Assembly: GCA_963823665.1 (NCBI GenBank)
Contig: CAWGMQ010000008.1
Span: 160,001-224,000, forward strand
DNA: 64,000 bases
Direction of reading: 5' to 3'
Source of the DNA: an uncultured Planctomycetota bacterium
GTDB lineage: Bacteria > Planctomycetota > Planctomycetia > Isosphaerales > Isosphaeraceae
The notes under the pieces are model-generated. The model was not told the origin of the DNA. It did not search any database and saw nothing but the letters and a program-made list of their open reading frames with translations. This document shows positions 1-10,812 of the stretch, piece after piece. Numbering within the stretch: the stretch's first letter is position 1; each line of letters begins with the position of its first letter. The position numbers were made by a program, and so were the translations under genes.

Positions 1-852
1 CTCTTCTGCCGGCAGGTGTTCTTCATAGGCTTTGAGCAACCGAGCCAGCCGCAGCGCCTGCCGGTCGTGTTCCGGAGACGCGAACATGGGCGCCTCCGGC
101 GCCTTCGCGGGGTCACCTCCCAGGAACTGGCCGATCAGCCCACCCAGGTGATCGAGCGTCAAGGCGTGCGCGCCGTAGGAATCTATCAGAGGCGCAAGCG
201 CCGCGTCGTCACCGCGCACTCCGTGACGTCTGAGCAGCTCGATCGCCGCGGCACGACTCAACTGCTCAACGTCGACATGCCGGTAGCCTTCTCCGAGCGA
301 GGAATGAAGATCCGTCAGCGGGAATCGGCTGGTCACCAGCACGACGGTCTGGCCCGTGCGCTCGGCGACGCGAGTCAGGAGGCCTTTGAGCAGGGGATCT
401 TCGAGCTGTCCGAAAACGCCTCGAGCGTTTCCCTCACCGCGCTGCACGCGTTCCAGTCCGTCGAGCACCAGCAGGTGTGGTCCACCTGTCGCGAGCGCGC
501 TGCTCAAAAGATGAATCAGCGCGGCCCCTTTGGCAGGCGCCTCCGACCTGGCATCAGGCGTGAAGTAGCGGTGCAGTTCCTGGAGGAAGTACCCGGTGTC
601 GGGCTCCTGGTAAAAGCTCCACACGAACAGGCCCGTCGGGCGTGGCGAAAGTTTTCCTTCGCGGAGCTCGTCCAGGAATCTTGCCGCGATGGCGGTCTTG
701 CCTGCTCCACCCAGCCCGACCAGGGCGATCACACCTCGGGCGCCTCCGGTCCATAGCTCCTTGAGCGCGGAAAGCTCGGTATCACGCCCGACGAATTGGG
801 GGGCTCGCGGTAGTGGATGGACCAGGCGGTGCTCACTGGGGTGCCAGGCCAC
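1..852 (-). CDS. STAND/NB-ARC-like P-loop ATPase, runs off the left edge
   Basis: Manual minus-strand translation from GTG 852: MAWHPSEHRLVHPLPRAPQFVGRDTELSALKELW...VIALVGLGGAGKTAIAARFL (FVGR motif plus Walker A); GAGGA upstream. Absent from the ORF track because the stop is outside the window. Confidence 0.75.
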   Translation of the reverse strand, partial: MAWHPSEHRLVHPLPRAPQFVGRDTELSALKELWTGGARGVIALVGLGGAGKTAIAARFLDELREGKLSPRPTGLFVWSFYQEPDTGYFLQELHRYFTPDARSEAPAKGAALIHLLSSALATGGPHLLVLDGLERVQRGEGNARGVFGQLEDPLLKGLLTRVAERTGQTVVLVTSRFPLTDLHSSLGEGYRHVDVEQLSRAAAIELLRRHGVRGDDAALAPLIDSYGAHALTLDHLGGLIGQFLGGDPAKAPEAPMFASPEHDRQALRLARLLKAYEEHLPAEE

Positions 853-865
853 GGCGTTTCATTCC

Positions 866-3800
866 TCAGTAGGTCGTTTCGACCGAGTCACCGGCGATCT
901 TGGCGAAGCCGGGAGCGTACATGCCCGCCCAACGCGCCGGCGCGACGATTCCCTGGCCCTTCAACCACTGCTCGGCCCGGTCGTGCTGGGCGCGGGAATC
1001 CGGGCCCGCATGAACTTCACCAAGGCGATACCGCAATAGCTGCGCTCGCAGCGGCATCTGGGCCTCGTCGTAGGACGTCGCGGCTCTGAGCAGATATTCG
1101 ATCGCGCGCACCGGGTCTTCCTTACAGGCGGCGATGCCGGAGCGGATATAAAGCGCATGCGCGCTGGCCCACTGGTGCCCTTCCTTTTCGAGCCGGGCCG
1201 CGTCCTCGGCGGCCTGGCGCAGATGGGCGCCGGAGTCGCCCGGCTTCTCGGCCATCGCCAGCGAACAGCGGGCGCGCATCTCGAGCAGGTCGATCCGCGT
1301 CATCCGGATCCGCAAGAGCATCGACCTCTCGTACCGGGGCCAAACCGACTCGAATCGGACGAGCGCCCGGCTGACGTCGCTGCGATATAGATAAAGATGA
1401 ATAAGCGCTTCGAACGCATTCGAGTGTCGAAGGTTGAAGCTGCCGGAGGCGCTCTGTTCGAGCGCGGTTTCAAGCTCGGTTTCGGTTTCGGGCTGTAGGT
1501 TTCCGGCGAGCTTGATCAGGGTCATGTAGAAAGAACTCAGCATGGTGGCCGCGTACCGGTCGCCGCGCTCCTGGGATTCTCGGAACAGGATGGACCAGCG
1601 TGCGTTCAATTCGCGGATTTCCCCCATCTGCACCAAGCTTCGCAGCAAGAAGTTATGAATCGTGTCGCGTTCCCACGTCACGCCCTTGCAGTGGTGGCGG
1701 AAGATGCCTTCGGCTTCTTCGAGCGTGGTGCGCGCCAACTGCCACAGGCCGCGCATGAGTGCGGCGAACCCGCGCACCATTCCGATCATGCCGCGGGCAT
1801 AATGCGAGTCAATCTCGCGAGCGATCCGTTCGGCTTCCTCGAGCAGGCTGGCGACGCGCGTTGCCGCGGGTGTGCCCACCGTGGCGCGGTGTCCGGCTTC
1901 CATCGCCAGGGCTCGGGCAATCCGCAGCGGCTCGCCGGCGCGAAGCGCCAGAAGCAGCCCACGCGTCTGGAAGTCGGCTCCCCGGATCGGCTCCGACATC
2001 GAGAGCCCCGCCACCGCCGACCAGCAAAGATCGATCCGCGCCAGCGTCATCGCCGAGACCTGGCTCTCGTCGCGTTTTCGGAACTTGAGCCCGTGCAGCT
2101 TGAGCAGGAAGCGATGCCAGAAGAGTGACAGCCAAGCTTGGCGCGCTGTGCGCGGCATCGATAGCCCTAGCGGGCCGAGCAGTGTGCGCAGAGCGCCAGG
2201 CCGCCTTCGACCTCGCCGGAGAGAAGAAGCTGCGTCGATGCCAGCCGCTTGAGCTCGAGCGTCTCGGCCGCCGTGGCCGTTTCCGCGGCTTTTGCGTAGA
2301 CCTGGGCCGCCTCTTTGCCTCTCCCCGCGTTGGCGAGCGCGTCTCCGAGCTTGCGCCAGAGCATGCCGGCCTGTGCATGAGTGCCCTGGTGGAGCTCGAG
2401 GGCCACGCGAAAGAGCCGCGCCGAGCGGTCGAACGCGAGCGCGGCTGCGGCCTGGTCGGCGGCCACGGAATAGTATTCAGACGCCCGCGCGGTTTGACCT
2501 GCGCCGCGACAGTGCACGGCGAGGATCTCCGGGTCGACTGACCCAGATGTGATCAGCACAAGCGCCAGGCGCTCGTGGTTCCAGCGAATGGACTCGGCCG
2601 GCAGATGCGCGACAACCGTCTCGCGAATCCGGTCGTGATAGATCTCGACTTCCTCATTGTGAGCTTGCCCCAGGCACCGGATCAGACGAGCCGACCGGAG
2701 TGACGCGAGTGCAACTCGCGCCCCGGCCCCCAAGTCCGAAGCCTGGAAGGCCAGGCTCTGAGTAATCGGCCTGCCCGACACCGCCACCAGACCCAGCAAT
2801 CGCACGGCGTCCTCCGGCTGCCGCTTGATCCGCGTCCAAAGCACCTCGTCGAGGTCAAGTTTGCCGATCGCTTCCCAGCGCTCGATCGGCTCTCCGCTCT
2901 GGATATGCCGCACCAGCTCGTCGATGAACAGCGGGTTTCCGCCTGATTCGGTCGCAACCATGTGCGCCTGCGCAAGCGCGACGGCATCGTCTCGTCCCAG
3001 AAGCGCCAGTGCAAGTTGCCGCGACTCGGCGAGGGACAGCTCCTCGACGGCCAGCTCGCGGTGGTCGAGCCCCTTGGACTCTTTCGGCATCGCCTTGCGA
3101 ATCTCGAGGAGGAACGGGTTTTGGTCGGCATCTTCAGCGCGAAAACAGCCGATAAAGAGCAGGGCCGGCCTCTGGTCCGCGCAGATAAGCTCGGCAAGCA
3201 GGTGGGCACTGTCGACGTCGCCCCACTGGAGGTCGTCGATTGCCAGGATCAACGGCGTTCGCTCGGCCAGTCGTCTCAAGAGCTCGCGGAGCCCGGCGAA
3301 GGTGCGCCGGCGCAGTTCCTGCTGGTCCGGCGTCTCCTCTGGCGGCAGCCGAGCCCCCGCGATCGCTTCGAGGCTCTGAAGCACAGGAAACGCACGCGCA
3401 AGGAAACCGACATCGTCGGGAAGCAGCCGCTCGGCCTGCTCGAGCGGCAGCTCCTTCAAGTACCGCGCCAGGGAGTCGATCAGGCTGTCGAGGGCCTTGT
3501 AAGGAACCGACTCTCTCTCATAGCACCGCCCGGAGAGAACGACCGCTTCCTCGCGCTCGAGGAGCTCGTCGATAAACGACCGAACCAGCGTGGTCTTGCC
3601 GGTGCCTGTCCGGCCGAAAATAAACAGCGAAACCGTCTTCCTCCGATGCAGCGCGGCGAGGCCACCATCCAGGACTTGACGATGCCTGGACCTCCCGATC
3701 AAGGGGAATGCGCGAGCCGGCTCGGGTTGATCGTCTGGCTCGGGAGGCCGTCCGCCCAACAGCGCAATGACGTCTCTCCCACCGGGTCGTCTGGAAGCGT

Positions 3801-5198
3801 CACGGTCGAGCAGAGCGACGCACAGTCGCACCAGGTCAGGCGGCAGTCCGTCAACCAGCGCACCGGGTGACGGGGCCGCCTGCTTCTGCTTGGCCGCGAG
3901 CACCTCATCGGGCGTGCCGGCGAACGGAAGCTGCCCGGTCATGGCTTCGAACAGAATAACGCCGACGCTGTACCAGTCGCTCGCCGTGCTCACCGACTCG
4001 CCGGCGGCCTGCTCCGGCGACATGTGACCCACAGTCCCAACGACCTGCCGCTCTGCACCAATGCTCTCGAGGTCGGCCGTCAAGCCGAAATCGAGCAGCA
4101 CGACCCGCCCCTCGAGCGTGACCAGGACGTTGGGCGGCTTGATGTCCCGATGCAACTTTCCGGCTTTATGCAGCTCGCTCACGCCCAGCGCGAGCTGCGC
4201 CAGCGCTCGCGCAGCGCTGCTCGTCAAAGTGAAAGTTGAAAGTCCTCCGCGCTGGGCTCGGCTCGCCGGCGGCTTGGGCGGGGCGCGCGATCACCGTGGG
4301 CTCGGCATTCCAGCGGGCCGAGGCTTCCGCGGGGCTTCCCCTGACGAAGCTGATGAAATTCGTCCCCTCAACGAGCTCCATGGTGAAGAACCAGCGGTCT
4401 TCGACAGCGACCAGCTCGTAGAGGTTCACCAGGTTGGGATGAGTGATATCGCTGAGCGACCGGAACTCTTGCTTGAAGCGCACAAGGGCGACTGGGTCCA
4501 CCTTTCGCATCGTTTTAAGAGCGACCAGCTCGCCCCGCTGCTGGTCGTACGTTTCGTAGACTACGCCCATCCCGCCGGCGCCCAACCTGCGTACCAGCGT
4601 GAATCGGACCGTGTTCAGCATCGCCCGCAGGCTCTCGGCCTCGGAGTGCAAATGATATGCCTCATCGATGGCGAATGAGAGCTGATCTTCTGTGGGGTTC
4701 ACGGTGGTGGGGATTCGCGTGCTGCGCAGCCCTGTTGGCTCCAGCACCCGTTCGACGGTCACCGCATCAGCCGATGCCGCGCGGCCGCCTTCGCCTTCGA
4801 CCTGCGTGTCGTCCTTCGCCGGTTCTCCCTCCATCGGCTGTGTCGGAGTCTCCGACACGACGTCGCGGGTATTGGAGCTCGCAAGCGCGGCGAGCGCCCC
4901 CAGATTTCTGCGCCGCTGGAAGCGTTCGCCGTCCACGAGCGCGCGAACCATCTCCCCGTTGGCGGCAATTTCGGGGAAGGCCGAGAGATAGACCCGCAGG
5001 GGAAGCTGCGCCGCGGCGTGTCCATCGCTCGTGTTGATCCACGAGCAGAACATCCAGTCGCAGGTCGTCGGAGATCTCGGGGTGGGCCGAGAGAAAAGCG
5101 AACACGTCCGGGCCTGCCGGCTCGCTTGTCCAGAGTTTGGAAAACTCTCGCGCGAGCGACCCTTCTGGTTTGGCCGGGGCTTCGGTTTCCATCGGCAT
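866..5198 (-). CDS. Large Ser/Thr protein kinase with AAA ATPase and helical C-terminus, split by about three indels
   Basis: Consecutive frames give LGAGGMGVVY and VALK (4166-5053), HRDIKPPN, DFG and Walker A GRTGTGKT, IDDLQWGD (2167-4227), and a TPR-like tail (866-2158); N-terminus MPMETEAP from the 4767-5582 frame. Confidence 0.85.
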
Positions 5199-5750
5199 AA
5201 TGACGACCCCCTGCCTTACCGGGCCATCATGTCCCGGCAGCCGCATCAGCGGCTTGACCAGATCGGGAGCGTGCGGTCCACCAGAAAACCACTCGTTCGT
5301 GCGCCGATCCAAGCTGAACTCATCTCGTTCGGCGCGAGATGCTCCACGCATACAGTCATTGATCGAAGTCTTGCTGGGAGAAGACGTTCCGGCTCTTCCA
5401 AATTCGAAATACACGCTCGTGCGGATCTCCGCATCCGCCGGAAACGAAGTATAGGATACGATCAGACACCCAGGAGGATCAATTGAGTACCGTTGCACTA
5501 GTTTGCCAGGATGTCCCGGGTCGCATAACTTCACATTCAGTGACAATCCAACGAAATGGACTGAGGCGGTCGTCCAAGACACTGCATCTGCGCAGAGGAA
5601 CGTCGACTATGCCGAAAGAATGAAGCTAACGCCGCTGGCGCTGCTCCTTCTCGTCGCGGCCGCAATCGGCGAAGTAACCCCTTCCTTCCGCGCGAAGAGT
5701 TCGCTATTTAGTACGTAGACGTTATTTCGCGACGAGCCGGAGGTGCGATC

Positions 5751-6224
5751 GTGTGCGGGCACGAGCTAGCCATGAGTCTGCGGGCTGCGTACCTGGCGAT
5801 GCGTCGGCGCACCGGCGCGGTGCTGGCGCGAACGGGGGTCACCGCCGATCAATTCGTTGTTCTGGCCGCGCTGTCGGAGGACGATGCACTCACGCAGCGC
5901 GAGCTGGTGTCGCGAACATCTTCCGACCCGAACACGGTGCGAGCGATGCTGGTTCTCCTCGAGCGTCGGGGACTGATCAAACGGCGGCCGCACCCGAGTG
6001 ACGGTCGAGCGCGAAGTGTGGCGCTCACGCAAAAAGGGCGAAGCACGTTCCGGCGTCTCTGGCGTGAAAGCGAGCGCTTGCGCCTGGCGCTGGTGACAGC
6101 ACTCTCCCCAGCCGAGGCCGCGGCACTCGTCGATCAATTGCGGAGAATCGCCAAAGCGCTTGAGCCGAATCCGATCGCGCATCCGAAGTTAAGTAGCCGT
6201 TTGCCCGCGCGAGCGACGACCTGA
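5751..6224 (+). CDS. MarR family transcriptional regulator
   Basis: GVTADQFVVLAAL...LTQRELV...LERRGLIKRRPHPSDGRARSVALTQKG winged-helix signature. Confidence 0.9.
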   Translation: MCGHELAMSLRAAYLAMRRRTGAVLARTGVTADQFVVLAALSEDDALTQRELVSRTSSDPNTVRAMLVLLERRGLIKRRPHPSDGRARSVALTQKGRSTFRRLWRESERLRLALVTALSPAEAAALVDQLRRIAKALEPNPIAHPKLSSRLPARATT

Positions 6225-6282
6225 CGCGTTTGTATCTCAACAGTCATCGATCTGACCCACCCGCTTTCCAGGGAGTTCCCGG

Positions 6283-7458
6283 ATGAAAACTTCGACCTTG
6301 CTCGCGCTGGCGAGCGCCGTCATCTTTTCAGCATGTAAGCCGGCCCACGCCCAGGACCGCCCAGGGGGCGCCCGGCCTCCCGAATTCGTCTCACCCGAGG
6401 TATCGACCGAGAAGAAAATCACGTTCCGCGTGCACGCTCCCAAGGCAGAAAAGATCACACTCGCCAGCAGTGATCTGCCCGGCATCGGCCGGGGAGTCGA
6501 ATTGAAGAAGGCGGAGAACGGCGTCTGGGAAGCGACCACGGGTCCGGTTGCGTCCGGCGCGTACCGCTACAACTTCAACGTGGATGGTCTTGCGGTGATT
6601 GACCCCAGGAACCCGGCAACCAGCGAGTCGAATATGAACACATGGAGTCTCGTCTACGTGTCCGGATCAGAGTCGTTTGACATCAAGGACGTGCCCCACG
6701 GCGCGGTTGCGCAGGTCACCTACCAGTCCAAATCCCTCAAGCGACCCAGGCGCATGCACGTCTACACTCCGCCGGGGTATGAGAAAGGTGAGGGCAAGTA
6801 TCCGGTCTTTTACCTGCTCCACGGCGCTTTTGATTGTGATGCATCCTGGAGCACGGTCGGCCGCGCCGGCTTCATCCTCGACAACTTGATCGCCGCGGGT
6901 AAAGCCAAGCCCATGATCGTGGTCATGCCCATGGGCCACACAGGCGCGTTCCGATTCGGTCCGCCGGGAGAGAACACTCTTGAACGCCAGATGAACGAGT
7001 TTGTCGAGGATTTCACCAAGGACCTGAAGCCTTACGTCGAGTCGAATTATCGCGTCAAAGGTGACCGGGCCAACCGAGCCATCGCCGGCTTGTCGATGGG
7101 CGGAGCCCAAACGCTCAGCATCGCGTTCGGCCAGCTTGGCGATTACGGTTACGTCGGTGTCTATAGCTCGGGAATCTTCGGTATTAGCGGTGGATTCGGC
7201 GGCCGCGAGCCAAGCACGCAATGGGAAGATAGCCACAAGACCACGCTCGACGATGCTGAGCTGAAGAAGGGGCTATCCCTCGTCTGGTTCGGCTGTGGAA
7301 AGGATGACTTCCTGGTTCAAACCTCAAAGGCCACCGTCGACATGCTGAAGAAGCACGGCTTCGACGTCGTTTCCAGGGAGTCTGAAGGTGGTCACACCTG
7401 GATCAACTGGCGCGATTACCTGAACGAATTCACGCCGCTTCTCTTCAGCGGGAAGTGA
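6283..7458 (+). CDS. Secreted esterase (N-terminal Ig/CBM48-like domain plus alpha/beta-hydrolase, carbohydrate esterase-like)
   Basis: Signal peptide, VYTPPGY, YPVFYLLHG, nucleophile motif GLSMGG, GGHTW. Confidence 0.85.
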   Translation: MKTSTLLALASAVIFSACKPAHAQDRPGGARPPEFVSPEVSTEKKITFRVHAPKAEKITLASSDLPGIGRGVELKKAENGVWEATTGPVASGAYRYNFNVDGLAVIDPRNPATSESNMNTWSLVYVSGSESFDIKDVPHGAVAQVTYQSKSLKRPRRMHVYTPPGYEKGEGKYPVFYLLHGAFDCDASWSTVGRAGFILDNLIAAGKAKPMIVVMPMGHTGAFRFGPPGENTLERQMNEFVEDFTKDLKPYVESNYRVKGDRANRAIAGLSMGGAQTLSIAFGQLGDYGYVGVYSSGIFGISGGFGGREPSTQWEDSHKTTLDDAELKKGLSLVWFGCGKDDFLVQTSKATVDMLKKHGFDVVSRESEGGHTWINWRDYLNEFTPLLFSGK

Positions 7459-7464
7459 TGATTC

Positions 7465-9027
7465 TCATCTCGTCACGAGCGACGCCCCGTCGGGCTGCGG
7501 ATGCGCCAGCGCCGCCTGGGCCGCGGCGTGCGCTCGCGTCGAGATCGGCCCTGCGTTGATGCCGAAGAGCACGGTCAAAAAGACACAGACGCTCACGGCG
7601 GCTGCTACCGGCCAGCCGCCCGTGATCTCGAGCGCGCCTTGGGGCTTGCCGAAGTACATCACGACGACGATCCGCAGGTAGTAGTACGCACCTGCCGCCG
7701 CGCTCAACATCCCGATAACTGCGAGCAGGACGAACGCGTTCGAGTCCAACCGGTCTCCTGCGACGAGCAGCGAGCTGAAGAGCTGGAATTTTCCCCAGAA
7801 GCCCGCGAGCGGGGGAATTCCGGCCAGACTCAATAGACAGACTGAGAGCCCCAGCGCCACCCAGGGATGCGTCGATCCGAGACCAGAGAGGTCGTCGACC
7901 TTATCGATTGGCCGGTCCTTGAAGCGAAGCGCCATGAAGCCGCCGAAAAGACCGAGAGTCATGAGGGCGTAGGTCACGAGGTAGAAGAAAATGCTCTCTG
8001 ATCCGTAATACGAACTGCCGGCATGGCGATCGTTCGCAAACGCGGCCGTCACCCCCACCATCATGTACCCGGCGTGCGCGATCGAGGAATAGGCCATCAA
8101 TCGCTTGAGGTCCTCCTGCAAAAGCGCCATGAAATTTCCCAAGATCATCGTCGCGGCCGCGATGATCCACGAGAGAATCACGGCCTTTTGAACGAGCGCC
8201 TCCTCGCCTCCCTTTACGGCAAGCACCGCGGTCAATACCCGAACGAAGGCGACGAAGCCGACGAATTTGGGAATCCACGCCAGCGTCGCGGCAACCACCA
8301 TTGGCGACCCTTGGTATACGTCGGGCGCATAGAAATGGAGCGGCACTGCCGCGACACGAAAGCACAGACCCGCCGTCACAAAGACCACCGCCACCAACGC
8401 GAGCTGCGGATGCGGCAGGTTCGGCAGCCTCTCGAAAAAGTAGCCCAGAGCTTTCAGGTTGCTCACCCCGGTCGTTCCATAGAGGAACGTCAGCCCGTAC
8501 AGCAACAGGCCTGAAGCAAAGATGCTCAGGAAGAAATACTTCATCGCGGCTTCCTGCGTGATCGAGTTGCGCCTGGAGAGATAAAGGATGACGTAGGTGG
8601 GCATGCTCACCAGCTCGAGCCCGACGAACAAGAAAACAATGTCGTTGGCGGCCGCGACGATCATCGAGCCGGCGCACATGATGAGCAGGGCTCCGAAAAA
8701 CTCGCCTGCCCGCTCATCGCTCGGCTCACTGTGCGCCAGTCCCATCAGGATGAGTGCGGAGAATAGCAGCACCGCCCGCGCGTAGAACGACAGGTCGTCG
8801 TTCAGGGCCACTGCGGCGTAGAGATCGGTGTGAGTCCGTCCGAGGGAGAAGAGTGCGACAACTGCCGCCAGCACTGCAAGTACGCTCATCGATGACCAGA
8901 ATCGCCTGGGCCGCGCCATGAACGCCGAAGCCGTCATCATCAAAATCGCGGTCGCGAGCAAGATCAACTCGGGTACGAGCACAAGCGCGGTCTTTTGAAC
9001 GACCGAAAGCGAATAGGCGGAACTCAT
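7465..9027 (-). CDS. nuoN: NADH-quinone oxidoreductase subunit N
   Basis: EAAMKYF, PLHFYAPDVYQG, KRLMAYSSIAHAGY; last gene of the nuo operon. Confidence 0.95.
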   Translation of the reverse strand: MSSAYSLSVVQKTALVLVPELILLATAILMMTASAFMARPRRFWSSMSVLAVLAAVVALFSLGRTHTDLYAAVALNDDLSFYARAVLLFSALILMGLAHSEPSDERAGEFFGALLIMCAGSMIVAAANDIVFLFVGLELVSMPTYVILYLSRRNSITQEAAMKYFFLSIFASGLLLYGLTFLYGTTGVSNLKALGYFFERLPNLPHPQLALVAVVFVTAGLCFRVAAVPLHFYAPDVYQGSPMVVAATLAWIPKFVGFVAFVRVLTAVLAVKGGEEALVQKAVILSWIIAAATMILGNFMALLQEDLKRLMAYSSIAHAGYMMVGVTAAFANDRHAGSSYYGSESIFFYLVTYALMTLGLFGGFMALRFKDRPIDKVDDLSGLGSTHPWVALGLSVCLLSLAGIPPLAGFWGKFQLFSSLLVAGDRLDSNAFVLLAVIGMLSAAAGAYYYLRIVVVMYFGKPQGALEITGGWPVAAAVSVCVFLTVLFGINAGPISTRAHAAAQAALAHPQPDGASLVTR

Positions 9028-10777
9028 AAGTGCTTCTCTTGTTCTCTAGTGGGCGACGCTGCTTTGCCGAGCGATGAGGTTGGATTGTTCTGTTCGACAC
9101 GCCGGTCACCCGCATTCGTGGCTCGCGCGGCCTGTAGGCGCGTGCTACACTGGTCGCCGGTTTCGCGATGCGATTGAGGATCTCGCCCGCTCGCCGTTCC
9201 GGCGCATTCTGATTGATCTTCGCCAGCGTCGGCTTCATCTGCTCGAGCACTGGCCGCGGATTGACCCCGATCACCACGATCAAGAACATGAGCGGCGCAA
9301 GCCCGGCGATTTCGTGCGCGCCCACCGGTGGTATCACCGTGTGGCGCAGCGCGCCGGGGCTGATCGCCTCTCCGGGGGCGGCGTGTGGCACCGGCTCCTT
9401 GAGTGGCCCGAATAGCACCTTCCGCACCATCCACAGCAAATAGCACGCACCCAGCACCATGCCCGTCGCCGCGAACACTCCCGCCCGGCGGCTGCTCTCG
9501 AACGCGCCGACCAGGATCGGAAACTCCCCGACAAACCCGTTCAATCCGGGCACGGCCGCCGAGCCGAGCGCCGCCAGGATCAGGAAAAAAGCCAGAATGG
9601 GCATGCGGTTCCACAACCCGCCGATGGCGTTGATGTTGCGCGTATGATACCGCTCGTAAATCATTCCGACGCAAGCGAACAGTGCACCGGTGGTCAGGCC
9701 GTGGTTGAGCATCTGAATCGATGCGCCGTCGAGCGCCGTCGAATTCAGAGCGAAGATCCCGAGCACGATGAACCCCATGTGGCTCACCGAGCTGTAAGCC
9801 ACCAGCCGCTTGATGTCTGTCTGCGCCAGCGCCGCGAGCGCGCCGTAGATGATTCCGATCACCGACAAGGTCGCCAGCAAGGGAAACATTGAAGCCGACG
9901 CAAGCGGCGTCATCGCCAGGTTGAAACGGATCAGCCCGTAGGTTCCGACCTTGAGCAGCACCCCCGCGAGCAAGATCGATCCGGCGGTCGGCGCCTCCAC
10001 GTGAGCGAGCGGGAGCCATGTGTGAAAAGGGAAAAGCGGAACCTTGATCGCGAACCCAGCCAGCAGCAGCAGGAAGATCAGCACCTGTGGGCTGCTCCAC
10101 AGCGAGGCGCTCTTCCACTCGCTCCAGGTGAGGGCAGCCAGCCCGTTCGTCAGCTCGGGAATCGAAAACGTGAGCACGTTTCCTGCCGAGTGATGGTAGT
10201 GCACCACCACCAGAGAAATCACACCGAGCAAGGTCAGCAGGCTCCCGGCCAGCGTGTACAAGAAAAAAGTAACCGCTGCCCGCCGCCGCTGCGGGCCGCC
10301 CCACAGGCCGATCAAGAAGAAAAGCGGAATCAGGGTGAACTCGAAGAAGATGTAAAAGAGCACTACGTCCAGGCTTGAAAACAGACCCAGAAGCCCGGTC
10401 TCGAGCGCCAGCAGAAAAGCGTAATATGGGCCCGGACTCTCCCTGATTGCCGACCACGATGCCCCGATCGACGTGATCAGCAGAATCGAAGTCAGGACGA
10501 AAAGCCAGAGGGAGAGGCCGTCGAGCCCGAGCGCGAATCGTATGTCGGGCCTACCCAGCCACTCGAGCCCCAAGTGGCTGCCTCGCAAAAATGCGAACTG
10601 GGGGGCGCTCACCTCCGAGTCGAAGGCCCAGAGCAAGATCAGGCTGAAGAAGAGCGTTACGAGGGCCGTTGCAAGCGCGATCGCCCTGGCCGTCTGGAAT
10701 TCCAGTTTGGGCAGCAACACAAGAAGCAAGCTGCCCAGAAACGGAAGCAAGACCGTGATCAAGAGCAATGTCGCCAT
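9024..10777 (-). CDS. nuoM: NADH-quinone oxidoreductase subunit M (probable indel near the C-terminus)
   Basis: FAIKVPLFPFHTWLPLAHVEAPT, KRLVAYSSVSHMG; the alternative frame ends at 9024 with an ATGA overlap into nuoN. Confidence 0.9.
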
Positions 10778-10812
10778 TCAACCAATCCTCGAAGATCTAG
10801 CCGCCCAGAGTA

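Noticed and set aside
5260..5726. Gene remnant and MarR operator in the kinase-MarR intergenic region
   Set aside because: No recognisable protein motif, and the ACGT-AG-ACGT palindrome is too short to support a call.
8726..9200. Long C-terminal extension of NuoM overlapping nuoN
   Set aside because: Probable frameshift read-through; the alternative frame ends with an ATGA overlap at 9024.
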